From Elsinoe ampelina (Eukaryota): DNA of 64,000 bases. This document shows, one piece after another, positions 26,445-38,975 of this stretch (its first letter is position 1; the number at the start of each line of letters is the position of its first letter). The position numbers and the translations under genes are program-made. The notes beneath the pieces were generated by a model. That model ran no database searches. It saw only the letters and a list, made by a program, of their open reading frames with translations, and had not been told where the DNA came from. The stretch lies in NCBI GenBank assembly GCA_010093995.1, contig ML992501.1:2111320-2175319 (forward strand), read 5' to 3'.

Positions 26445-26876
26445 GAGGATTGTCGTGATGGAGTCGTGTACGGGGTGGGTGTAGAGTAGATGTAGTAGCT
26501 TTTCCCACTGGACATCTACCTTGCATGTATGCATGAGGCTTTTCACTTCGTGCACAGCGAATGCGACCAGGTGGAGCTAGATGAGATTGTTCATACAGAT
26601 GCCCAGTAATACTGCCTCGTGCCTTGTAGTGCAAGCAACGAAGAGAACGCACAAGGCGACACGTATAATTACGATGAGGATAGATTACTACCATCCCAAT
26701 TCCAACACCCTCTATAACCCCGACCCACGAATCCTAAACCGGCTCTTCATGCGCAGCCCGTCTCATCAAGTACATATCATCGTGAACCCCAACCCAATCA
26801 TGATCCAACCCTGCAATGCAAACGCCACACAAATTCAATCCCAAGCGCAACCCGACATACTCCATGAAACAGACCC

Positions 26877-29800
26877 CTACCTCATCGGCGGACTCTTCGC
26901 CCCCTCCGCCTCACTATCCCCCTCCACAAACGTCCAGCTCTCGCTCTGCCCTTCGTTATCCTCCTCCTCTTCGTCCTCCGTCCCACTACCTTCCACCTTG
27001 CGACCTTTTCTCTTGACCAGTGTCTTCGCGTACTCCAAATCTCGATATACAGCTTTGATGGCGGTCTTCACCCCGTCTTCGGCCCGGATCTGCTCGCCGA
27101 GCACTTTGGCCTTTTCCCGCATCCTCGCGTCGTGCGTGGCGATCCAGAGCGCTTTGCCGAGTACTTGTTCGGACACCTTCCTGATGCAGGCGCCGACGCC
27201 GAGATCGTGGACTCTGGCGCCAAAGAAGAATTGGTCGCCGAAGAAGGGTTTGATGATGGTTGGGATGCCGGCGCGGAGGCTGGCTCCTGTCGTGCCGGCG
27301 CCGCCGTGGTGGACTGCGGCGTCGATTTGTTTGAAGAGCCAGTCGTGCGGGGCGGACGCGATTTGGAAGATGCAGTCGGGCAGAGTAACTTCTGGGACGG
27401 TCCGGGCGGCGTCGTCGAGGCGGTCGGACCAGCCTTTGGAGAGGATGCAGCGGACGTCGGCTTTCTGCACGGCTTGGACGATGGTCTGTGTCATGGCGCG
27501 AGAGTCGCTGACAACCACAGAGCCGAAGCCAATATACACGATTGGGACCTTGTCGGAGCGAGCCTTCTGGATGAAGGCAAGGAGGTCGGCTGGAGGCGTA
27601 AATGATGTCTCCTCATCCAAGAACCAGTAGCCTGTGACACGAATCCAATCTGAAAAGTCGAGAGGCGGCACAACTACCGACGGCGAAAAGTTGTACAGGA
27701 ACGGCACCTTGTTCGGCTGCAGGCGATCCAGTGTGGTAGGTCGGAGCTTGAGCACCTTCCGTCGCCATCGGTTGATTTGTCCAGCCGTCGACTGCCAGAA
27801 GATGTTGTCGAAGAGTACGTAGGTCATGTAATTGTAAGCACCACCCATCTTGTGAGTCGGTACTGCAAATGCATGCGGATATGCACGAGTCCGCGTCCAG
27901 GGCATAGTGAATGCCCGGAAGTATGGGATGCCGAGCGCCTCGGCGATGTGGATACCAGCCATGGCAGACGGAGATTCGATAAGCACATCCGAGCCCTGGC
28001 AGGCATCCCAGGCTGTCGACAACAAAGTGTCGAGAAACCCACGAAATTTGGAGTTGGCTTCGTACAGGAATGATGGAGTGAACATGCCATTCTCAACACA
28101 GATGCGCATCAGTTCGGCCGGATCGCCGTCCACTGGAGCAAAGTCGATGCCATGCTTGCGGATCCAGGGCTCAAATTCGGCGTGTGTGGCGATTCGTGGC
28201 TTATGACCTTCTGCGAGGAGACCTTTGCAGAGCGCAATATACGGCTGCACATCGCCTCGAGATCCAATGGTCAAGCAGGTGATTGCCAGCGACTCGGATG
28301 GCTTGAAGTCCAGCAACGAAGCTTGGGGGTCGTCGAAGAGGATAGTCGGAGCACCGCGATCTGTGTATGATTAGCACTATGATGGGTAGGGTTGAGGTGG
28401 AACATACCGAGCTCATTGATATCGCGAGGCAAGAGCATGTCATGTTCGGCATAGCCGTCTTGCCTCGCTTCTTGAAGGCGCAAGTTCTCCTGGGCGGCAT
28501 GCTCGGCTTCCACTTGCTCCTCCTCGCTGATCGTCTTCTCTTCGAAGGAGCGCTTCAGTGTGTCAAGCGACTTCAAGACTGTCACGGTGCAGTCATCTCT
28601 GAGGCCCGCTGCGTTGAATTCGAAGAAGATTTCTTCGTGGCCTCGTATCACCACAACCATGCCAGAATAGCCAAAGCGGAAACCCTTCTCTTTATCCACA
28701 TTATGGATGTCTTTGAAGGGTATCACAAGCTGAAGGAAGATCAGTAAGATGTCAAACGATCGGTGCATCATGGAACATACCTTTGTCCTAGTGCCAGGCA
28801 GCAAGCTTCTAAAGCAAAGCTTGCTGCTACCAATGTAAATCTTTCCGTAAAGGGGCAAAACTCTCAATATGTGAGCAAAGTAAGAGGCGACCAACTTCTC
28901 AGTGTCTGGCAATGCGAAGTAGTCCCTGAACCTTGCTTCTGCTTGAGCAGTGTCAGACTCCTCATCAGGGTCGTATACGTAGTCTTCGCTCTGTAGGCCA
29001 TCCGCATCTGCGTAATGCCTCTTCCCGCCCGCCCACATGCCATAGACTTTCTCGTAGTAGCCTCTGGGAGATGAAGACAACATACTGCTCATCCTCCGGC
29101 CTTGGGAACGGAGCATACCCGCGAGGTCAGTTGCGTGCTTGATTGGGTAGGCACCCGTCCTCATGAGTGCGCCGATCGAGTCCGAATATGAGTTGCTCTG
29201 GCGAGGTTCAACGGCTGACGTCGTTGCCGCCCTAGGGATCAGCTGCGCGCTACTCGGCTTCGCAAACTCGTGATCATTCGTCTTCGGGCTTAGTGGGGAT
29301 TTCTCGTATTTCCGTTCCTGACTACCAGAACGGGATGATGCAGCAGATCTCATAAATTCTCCGCTCGGCCTTAGCCGAGGTGATTCAGCTCTTCTCCTAG
29401 AAGCGGATGCTGCGAGTGTCGGATCCCGGAAGACACCACTGCCACTGAGGATCCGGCTACCAGATGGGTCGGACTCTGAATGTTCTACACTCTCGTTCAT
29501 GATGGATTGAGGCGCACTGTCGTCAGCCGTTGTGGATGATGCAGGCGATCTGTTGACGACACCGGTCATTGGTGATTTTGCCCTTGGCTGAGACGATGTG
29601 AAGTTGACGCCTCTGACGGCACTGGAGCTCCTGTTTGATTTGTCGAAGCTGGCTCGAGGTCGGTCAATACTTCTTCGGCTGGCATCAATACTGGCTCTAC
29701 TGATATCCATGCTTCTTCTCGCGCCGTCAGCGGCAGGTATCGTAGTTCGAACGTGCTCAAAGATCTCTGGTGCAGTAAGTGTGATCGACGGCCGTCCTTC

Positions 29801-31171
29801 TGGTTCTCGTGGTGAGGCGACACCACTGCCCGGCTGAGAATCTTCCATGCCGGACTGCTCGGCCAACGCCTTGGCTGCTGATGTATCTTGTGTCATGATC
29901 TTGAGCACATTCAAAGCGTCCTTGCCGAAGCTGAAGAATGAGAAGAAGTATTCGTCTACGGCATAGGTCTCGTCGTTGTCGATGACGCGAATCTTAATGG
30001 TCTCTGCAAAGTCGATGACCGGATTTTCCTCGACGTCGAGTATGTTGTCGATGGGTAGCGATATTTTGACACTGTCGCCATCGTTGTGCGATCTGAAAAT
30101 GACTTTCTGCAGCTGTCTCACCCACTCTTTTGCGCTGGGTGCGCTGTCCGCCTTGAAGTGGTATGTCCTTTTGTCCGTGGTAACCGTAAAGAAGGTAGTC
30201 TCCTTAGACTTGTCCTTCTCTTTTTCCTTGTCCAAGTCGGCAGATATTCCGTAACGAAGGTCAATGTTGCCGCTTGGGAAATACGGTGTAGAAGGGTCAG
30301 TGTAGTATGAAAAGACAGTGCCCTTAAGGTTGAACCAGTATCGTCGAAAGTGCGGGTTCGTCTTTCCCCTCTTCCCGAGGTATCCTGACTTGATCGTGGT
30401 GTTGGTCTTCTGCTGAAGATATGCGTAAAAGCAGACGTGTCGTTGAGTGATGTACATGTATCCTTGTAAGAGAACATTTGCTAGGTACCAGCAAGGATAC
30501 TCGGAAATGACCTCTTCTGGCTGGTCGAACTGGAAGATATCTTTCAGGGCTTCTGGAAGGGCTACTGGCGCCTTGCGAGAGCTTCGAAGAGATGCTGTGG
30601 AGGCGGATCCCTTGTTCGTTAGTGTGGCATTTGAAGATTCCAGTGAGTCGACGGCATTTGCTCGGGCTTGCAGCATTTGACTCATGATGGGCGCATCCCG
30701 AAAGTTGTCCTGCTCCATCGGCGGTGATGACATGGGCGAAGGTGTCTTTCTCCGGAGTTCATCTTTTCCTTTCGCATGCTTGGATCTGAGACCAGGGAAT
30801 GAGCGGAGTAGCTTGTGGTCGGATAACTTCTTTTTATGCTTCGGACGGGACGGACCAGCTCCAGCATCTCCAGAGTCAAAGGACGGTTTGATCGGTTCTG
30901 ATATGGCTCCAGACTCTTCTCCACTGTCATCGCTCCGTTCTTCATCCATGATGCTCTTAAAGTCCTCCTTGGACTGTGCAGCTGCGATTACCCCGAAGAC
31001 CGACTGATGCATGAAAGGGAGTCCTCCCCTGTCTGCATCCACTTCTTCCAGTCCCTCATCATCGTCGTCCGTCTTGAAACGATCTGGTAATTGTATCATG
31101 CCTGGTTCTCTCTTTCGCCGAGACAGCTTTCGGCTTGCTCGGCCATGTTGGGAAGAATCTCTGAATGCCAT
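26877..31171 (-). CDS. ATG26: Sterol 3-beta-glucosyltransferase (GRAM, PH and UGT domains)
   Basis: Exons 31171-28781, 28729-28408, 28360-26877. GRAM ([17 protein letters not shown]), PH ([13 protein letters not shown]), catalytic [34 protein letters not shown]. Confidence 0.94.
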
Positions 31172-31802
31172 GTTGGACGTTAGGCGTGTCGGACTAAGTT
31201 TTGGCTCCGATGACCCAGGCACAGGTTGTAGGTCGCGTCAGGCGGGCTCGATCAGTGATTGGGTGATACGCATGTGGACCGGAGCATAGCGCGTGATCTA
31301 GATGATTGCTCGAGAGTCATAGCGGGTTTCTGCCTATTCTGTGTACTGTGCCGCTGCCGGCAGACTACATGCTGGGCTTGGATCGCATCGAGTCACTGGT
31401 TCGACTCGACTATGCACATGTTGAATTGGTTGTGTTTGGATCAATAAGATAGGACGCGGGATGGGATGGAGTTAACCAGAGATGGGCTGGCCAAGCCGGG
31501 GTGAATGGCTCAGAGAGAGTGGTCGAGGTGGCATGTGATGGGGTGGAGCTCCGCCCTCATCCTCGCCTGGACCTGCCCTATTTCACGGTACCTGGTACTC
31601 CTTATCAAACGAGACATTCTTGCTTCCTGAATATTACGAAACCGTCTCATGCGTAGCAACATTGTCTGTGTCTTATTTCCACCGGACACGTATCTCTGTC
31701 AAACATGGGATATTCCTGATCAACGTTCTACCACAGTAAGGGAGCTGGCGGTGCTATGGCGACATTATTTACGTTTCTTCGTCAGTGGTCATACTATTTG
31801 TA

Positions 31803-33260
31803 CTAGCTACACTTCTCATAAGCCCTCCACCAGAGCGCCATGTTGGTTGCTACCACCAGATCGAGCATCTTCTGGCCCATCTCCTCCACAATCAGTTTCC
31901 CCAGCTTGGTCTCTCGGCCACCAAAGCCTCCTCCAGCACGTTCCCTGCCCAGCGAATAATCCACTGTGCCATCTTCACTTATGCTACTCCTGGTGTGGCC
32001 ACTCCTGAGTGATGAGACGTCGGAAGTCCCTGTTGTAGAAAAGTAGGAATTCCTTTTCGCTCGAGCGTCATTGCTGATCGATGACTCTGATTTCGAAGAG
32101 AAGTGGTGAGAAGGCAGGTTGAACCGCAGCTCGCTGACCTCGACATATCCCATGTCTTCGCTCATGACAGCAGCGTTGCGGACCTGGCGGCATCGGAGTG
32201 AACTCCCCGTCGTTGCCGTGCTGAATTCACACTTGTGGCCCCATGCATCCTCGAACGCATACCCTCTGCTGCGCTTGTCAATGGAGACGGGTGAGAACAA
32301 TTGACGCGACGAAGCGATTGATGGATTCGGATATGTTGAATTGTCACTTTCGAATGACGCGGTACTGAGTGGTCTCCGGCTTGTGTATGTGTGGTTAGCA
32401 AATCGCGAGCCGTCCATCCAGAGACGACGTTTGAAGACACGATCCCGAGGCGGGGGAGAGCGGTTTGGTGATGCAGCTCCGTGATCGGTTGTTGAGCGAG
32501 GTGGGAGGCTGGGCTTCACGAATTGCGAGTATCCAGTGTTATCAATGTCAATGAATAATGGTGCGCCAGAATTCTTCATCTTTTTGGAAAAGCCGCGGTT
32601 CTCCTTGAGAGCTTCAGATGAGACCTCGTCGACTGGAGGATCGCTGATCTTGGCGACGTTCCACTGGTCTCCTGATGTTGGATCCCTTCGAATCAGGGTC
32701 AGAGTTTGGGAAGCTGGTGATAGTGACGAAGTGATTGATGAGTTCTCCATTTCGAACAGAGCAATTGACGATGGCCGATAAGATGACTCGCGGTTCGGGT
32801 TTCGGCGTGGTATCAGAGGTTTTCGAGATGGAACGGCGACAGCTGACAAGTCTCTAGACATCCAGGGATCCATCTCATCCGGGCCATGTCCTGGTGAAGC
32901 CGGTGGAGTAGGGAGAGGTTTCCTCGCCACAGATGTGTTGATAGGCTTTCGGCTAATCGAATACGATGGATCCTCGAATGTGATGGGCGTGGCTACAGGC
33001 TCCGGAACCGGCGTGTCTTCTACGAGTATATCCTCTTCGCTGTCGACGTGAAGGAAATACAAAGAGCTCTGGACATCCTGTGCGTTGACGACTCGATCTC
33101 TTGGTTTGAGAGGAGTGAGGAAAACATCCCGGCTGCCAGGAACTCTGACAATATAGAGGGTCAGAGAGGACAGCGCGGATTTCGAGGGGTCATCACAGTT
33201 TGAAGGCGGATTTGTGGCCAGGTGAGAGATCGAGGCCAGTGATTGAGCCTCGATGCTCAT
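31803..33260 (-). CDS. Fungal hypothetical protein of unknown function
   Basis: Long single-exon ORF with ordered-looking blocks (LYIVRVPGSRDVFLT, LTLIRRDPTSGDQWNVA, LGRERAGGGFGG..KLGKLIV..MLDLVVATNMALWW) separated by S/P-rich linkers. Confidence 0.75.
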   Translation of the reverse strand: MSIEAQSLASISHLATNPPSNCDDPSKSALSSLTLYIVRVPGSRDVFLTPLKPRDRVVNAQDVQSSLYFLHVDSEEDILVEDTPVPEPVATPITFEDPSYSISRKPINTSVARKPLPTPPASPGHGPDEMDPWMSRDLSAVAVPSRKPLIPRRNPNRESSYRPSSIALFEMENSSITSSLSPASQTLTLIRRDPTSGDQWNVAKISDPPVDEVSSEALKENRGFSKKMKNSGAPLFIDIDNTGYSQFVKPSLPPRSTTDHGAASPNRSPPPRDRVFKRRLWMDGSRFANHTYTSRRPLSTASFESDNSTYPNPSIASSRQLFSPVSIDKRSRGYAFEDAWGHKCEFSTATTGSSLRCRQVRNAAVMSEDMGYVEVSELRFNLPSHHFSSKSESSISNDARAKRNSYFSTTGTSDVSSLRSGHTRSSISEDGTVDYSLGRERAGGGFGGRETKLGKLIVEEMGQKMLDLVVATNMALWWRAYEKCS

Positions 33261-33880
33261 GACGGCTTTGGAGGTCGGGAGTAATTGTCGTGTGACTTTA
33301 AGGTCCAGACATGCCGTCAATGCGTGAGATAGTGATGTTCGGTCGTGACCGGGAGCAAAAAAGACGTAGGGGTTGAATTACTGGGTGGCCGGATGATCTT
33401 CAATGCTTAGCTGAGGCGGAGCATTGCCACGCGTATAGCCAGGCAACCAATTTTCAGGAACAGGATTTGTGAAACACAGTCTACGAAGACATGAATACAA
33501 CCATACGGCACATTATACCTGTGCGACCCCAATCGCGGGATATGCCGTTCTTGTGCGAATATGTCAGGACCAGCTGTGAAAATGCTCTGATGACGGGAGA
33601 TGTCCCGAGCTGCAGATCATGAGTTGAGCGGGCAACGCTGTGGCGCTAGCGCGGTTACCGCGGCTAGCGCATCGCACAATGGATGTCACCAGAGGCGATC
33701 TATTCTTTCTGTGCTGGACTTTCTTGATTTACAATTCTCGCGATATATGATGCTTCTTCATCATCGATGCTCTGATGTAGCAATTGCGCTTCCATAGTCT
33801 CCATCTATAATGCTCGAGTTCTCCACCAACGCCATGCCGTAAAGTCACCCGCTGAAGCAATCCACCCTCCACAAAGTTGT

Positions 33881-35165
33881 TCATGCAGTGCCTCTAGGCT
33901 TCGCCTTGGCCTCCTTCTTCTCCTTCGCAGCTAACTTCTGCTTCTTTTTCTTCTCCTCAAGCTTCTCCTCGTGCTTGCGCTTGGAGTTGGCCTGCTCCTC
34001 GGCTGTCTTGGGCTTCGCCTGGAAGAAGCCTTCCAACCTGCTCTGCGTTGCTGACTTTGAGCTCTTCTGTAACCTTTGTGCACCTGAGCGAACACGATCT
34101 TCGCTGAAGCCCTTCTCCTCGACCAGGAATTTGACCAGACCTTCAATGTCCGGTCCCTCCCACTTGAAGTCGCAAGCGGGATCATCGGCAGGGCGGACGT
34201 CGGGCTCGAGGAAAAGGAGACGGGCGTCTTTGTAGGGCCAGTCTTCCGGGAAGGTGTATTTGCCAGATTTCTGCACGGTCTCGACCACCTTCTCGAGCGT
34301 TTTGTGCTCCTTGATCAAGTTGAAGGCGACTTTGGGGCCAATGCCCTTGACTGGGTCAACATAATCGCAGCCCAGCAGAATACAGAGATCGATGAATTGG
34401 TTCATGTCCATGTCGAATCCTTCCAAGACTTTGTCCAGAAAGATCTCCTGAATGGGTTCCTTGCGCTGTTCGCTAAAGGTGAGATGACGGAGCAGTACGG
34501 GACTGTTGAAGGTGAGGGTATCCATGTCCTCGGAGGCAGCGGCGTATACCTTTCCAGCGCGAGCAAGGACAGCGCATTGGGCTTCGGCTTCTGTGGGGGC
34601 AATGATGAAAGGAATACCCATCAGCTTGAGGAGACGTTGAGCCTCCTGGTTGTGCTCCCTGGTGACCCTGACAGTCCTTCTGCTGAATTTCTCGACTTCC
34701 TCTGCAGTCCCGACCTCTTTCATTTCCTCATGCTGCTCTTGGGCTTCGCTCTTTCGTTGGAAACGCTTCGCCAGCTCACCAGATTTGAGCTTGGGTGGGG
34801 CGCCATCAAAGACGTACAGAGGCTTGATACCATTGTCGACGATGCGTAGTGTGCGGTAGAATAGTCCCATCAGATGTGAAGTAGTCTCGCCAGATTCGTT
34901 CATGAGTTGCTGTCCATCGGATCTGACAGCGACCAAGAAACTGTACAATGACATCGAGCTGAGAGTGGTTAGTCTTCGGTGAAGAGCTTAGTGGGGGTCG
35001 GAATACACTCACGCATCGATGGCGACCTTGCGTCCGAAGTGATTTTTGATCTCACCAGTCTTGACGGCATCGGGACAGTGTTCGCTGATGACTTGATATA
35101 GCTCTACATCCCTGTGAGTGTTGTCCTCGAGGCAGTAGTAGTATTACCATACGTTTGATACCCAT
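33881..35165 (-). CDS. FEN1: Flap endonuclease 1
   Basis: Exons 35165-35153, 35103-35013, 34958-33881. [45 protein letters not shown] box QSRLEGFF. Confidence 0.96.
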
Positions 35166-35270
35166 CTTGTCTCGGGTTTCGAAGATGTGTACGCAATGGT
35201 TCTGTCCACCGACGTGGTTCGTGAGAGAATGGCAAAAGTGGTACCCTGCGTGTGAAGAGCTAAATTGGTC

Positions 35271-35311
35271 TCGCGTTGCGACGCGAAGTGCCCGCAGGCA
35301 GCTCCGCGTTT
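35271..35311. promoter_or_regulatory. Cluster of three MCB/SCB-like ACGCG cores upstream of FEN1
   Basis: TCGCGT 35271, ACGCGAA 35281, CCGCGTTT 35304, lying 105-145 bp upstream of a DNA-replication gene. Confidence 0.55.
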
Positions 35312-35385
35312 TCAGGAAGCTACGTCATTGGCTGTTAGTCACGCCGAAGCACACGTGAAGCAGTATTTCACGATCTTACAATTAT

Positions 35386-35626
35386 CCGAGGTCACGATAG
35401 ATGTTTTTGGAGATGGCGATCTCACATAAACTTTGACCGAGCTTAAGCATCGAAAATACCTCGAACACACAGAGGTCCGAAAGCAGAAAGTGATTTACCA
35501 CGAACAGATGTCGGAGATGCCAAGTAAAGATCTTGCTTCCACCTCGGCAAACCCCAGGTTTTTTCGCCCAATGGAGACCCTTTGATGATGCCGCATCCCG
35601 ATGATGCGGAGGGGCATTTTTATAAA
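35386..35626 (+). promoter_or_regulatory. Glutaryl-CoA dehydrogenase promoter elements: two CCTCGG (FarA/FarB-type) sites, one SYGGRG site and a TATA box
   Basis: CCGAGG 35386-35391, CCTCGG 35542-35547, GCGGAG 35606-35611, TATAAA 35621-35626 followed by a CT-rich tract before ATG 35729. Confidence 0.45.
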
Positions 35627-35728
35627 CAGTGGTGACCTTTCCTTTCGTTGATCTCTTGACTTTTACTCTTTGCTCACTATCTCATATCTTACCTCCCTTT
35701 TCTCCCCTCTCACCAGATCTTGTATACC

Positions 35729-37119
35729 ATGTTCAAACACATTGTACAGCGCTCGGCGAGGCAAGTAACTTCTGGCAGACAACAAGCTGGTCTTGCTGCC
35801 ATCGGTCGTCGCTATGCACATGCTCCAGTAGCATTCGACTGGAAAGATCCGCTGGGGGCACAGAATCTCTGGACGGATGAGGAGATAGCAATTGCAGAGA
35901 CGGCCGAGGAGTATTGCCAGGAGCGCATGCTTCCTCGAGTATTAGGTAGGCATGCTCGTATACTGATCCACAGGCGTCCTACTAACCAGAATAGAGGCCT
36001 ACCGAAATGAAGACTACGACCAGAAGATCCTGGAAGAGATGGGCGAGCTAGGTCTGCTGGGCGCCACGATTAAAGGCTATGGCTGTGCTGGTGTCTCGTC
36101 AGTCGCATCAGGACTCATCACGCGAGCAGTGGAGAGAGTTGACTCGGGCTATCGTTCTGGCATGTCGGTACAGTCATCTCTTGTCATGGGCGGCATTGAG
36201 GAGTTTGGTACAGAAGAGCAGAAGGAGAAGTTCTTGCCAGGCATGGCCAAGGGCAAGATCGTTGGATGCTTCGGTCTCACAGAACCCAACCACGGAAGTG
36301 ATCCCGGTAGCATGGAGAGCGTCGCAAAGCCTCACCCCACAAAGAAGGACTATTACAGCCTCAGTGGTGCAAAGACTTGGATCACAAACTCGCCAATCGC
36401 CGATGTCCTACTCGTCTGGGCTAAGCTTCAGGAGACTGGCAAGATTCGCGGATTTCTGGTTGAGCGAGATCAATGCCCACCTGGCACACTAGAGACGCCG
36501 CCCTTGAAACACAAGAACGGTCTGCGGGCATCACTTACCGGCATGATTCAGATGGAAGATGTACCTGTACCTAAAGCCATGATGTTCCCTGAAGTGGAAG
36601 GTTTGAGAGGACCATTCAGCTGCCTCAACTCAGCACGGTACGGTATTGCTTGGGGAACCATGGGCGCCCTCGAGGACTGCATTACTCGAACGAGAGAGTA
36701 TGCCTTGGACAGGAAGCAGTTCAAGGGTAATCCAATCGCAAAGTATCAGCTCGTACAGAAGAAGCTGGCGGACGCCGTGACGGATGCCGCTTACGGCGTT
36801 GTGGCTGCGACCCAAGTCGGCCGTCTCAAGGATGAGGGCAAGCTTGCTCCAGAGATGATCTCGATCATCAAGAGGCAGAACTGTGACCGGGCGCTTGTCA
36901 ATGCCAGAATGTGAGTGATGACCATTTCCGGTATCTACAAACCCTTATTGACACTTTTACAGCCTCCAAGAAGTGTTCGGTGGGAATGCTGTCAGCGACG
37001 AGTATCACATTGGGCGCCATGTTGCCAACCTCTTCGTGACACAGACATACGAGGGCCAAAGCGATATCCACTCACTCATTCAAGGACGGGCCATCACTGG
37101 TCTGCAAGCCTTTGTCTAG
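35729..37119 (+). CDS. GCDH: Mitochondrial glutaryl-CoA dehydrogenase
   Basis: Exons 35729-35945, 35995-36910, 36963-37119. Presequence, [47 protein letters not shown]. Confidence 0.94.
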
Positions 37120-37786
37120 GTTCGCAGCATGGTGCAATGAGTAGCAAATATAGTACATAGACGTCTTGAACAAAAGCTCACAACCAAGTCATGAGGGAGT
37201 CGTATATGCACATGGCTAGATGGAGAGCGCGTGACAGTGCATGCGAAAATCCAGGCAAGAAATGACATGCAGCGGCCTGCGGTCGGATGCATGTGGAAGC
37301 GCCTGGGCCTAGTCCTGATTGTGTGGCGATGCAGTGCATGAGGCTGACTAACCTCGTGTCCATTTGACCCTTCCCTTCCGGTTCCCATTCCAATGACTAC
37401 TGATCTCATAATCAGCAGTAGGTATTCACTCCACTTCAAAAAACTGTGAAAACTACCTAAAGACGCAATTTGTTTCGTGCCCAACGACGGCCAGCAAATC
37501 ACATTCGCCGACGTCACAAACTTCGGGCGTTGCGCCTTCTGCAGCTGGAGTGCACTGGACTGGCTGGTGCCGAGAATCTTCTGTTCTGCCGCTGAGACTG
37601 AGAGAGGCTTTCCTCCTTCGATCCCACCGCTGCCTTTCGACTTGCACCTTGTCTCATACAACAACTCACCTTCACCACACGCGACACCTTTCACAAGTCA
37701 TCACAGCCCTCGCTATTGATCTTGACGACCTTTTCTAGACTCGACGTCTTCACCGAATCGGCCATTCACACTCAACACACTTCACA

Positions 37787-38447
<661 letters not shown>

Positions 38448-38975
38448 CCGCCCTAATCCTCAACCCCACAAAGGGAGTCTAGTTACACCCGGCCAAGACT
38501 GCATACGACGACATAGACGGTTGACACTTTGACCGAGTCACAACCAACCACTTTCTTTTTCCAGGAGTTGTTGACCCAGCGTATCATGATTTGAGCACAG
38601 AAGGCACGAGAAGAGATGATGGACGACGGAGAAGGGCATGGAACATAGCAAGCTTGTTACTCACCGGCAGAGTCTGGCTTGTGGCGACGGCAAGAGCAGA
38701 AGTCGGCTGATCTCGAAAGAGGCTGGCGAATGGAAAGGGACGAATCTCAGCACATCGTGGCTTTCTACTAGTTTAGCATGAACATGGGAGCTGCGGTTTC
38801 TCTGAAATACAGATCCGATTGGACCTTGTGATTCGTCAGGCGTGACTCACGTGACAATTTGATAATTTCATGCATGCTACTATACACAACCGAAATCGCT
38901 CCCACCTTGCCATCCATGCATCACCATCGCTCGACCACTTCGCTCTTCCCCACTCGTCTACCACGTCTTCCCAGC

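Noticed and set aside
26581..27630. 349-aa plus-strand ORF
   Set aside because: Mostly antisense to the ATG26 catalytic domain in stop-poor skewed DNA; no recognisable motifs.
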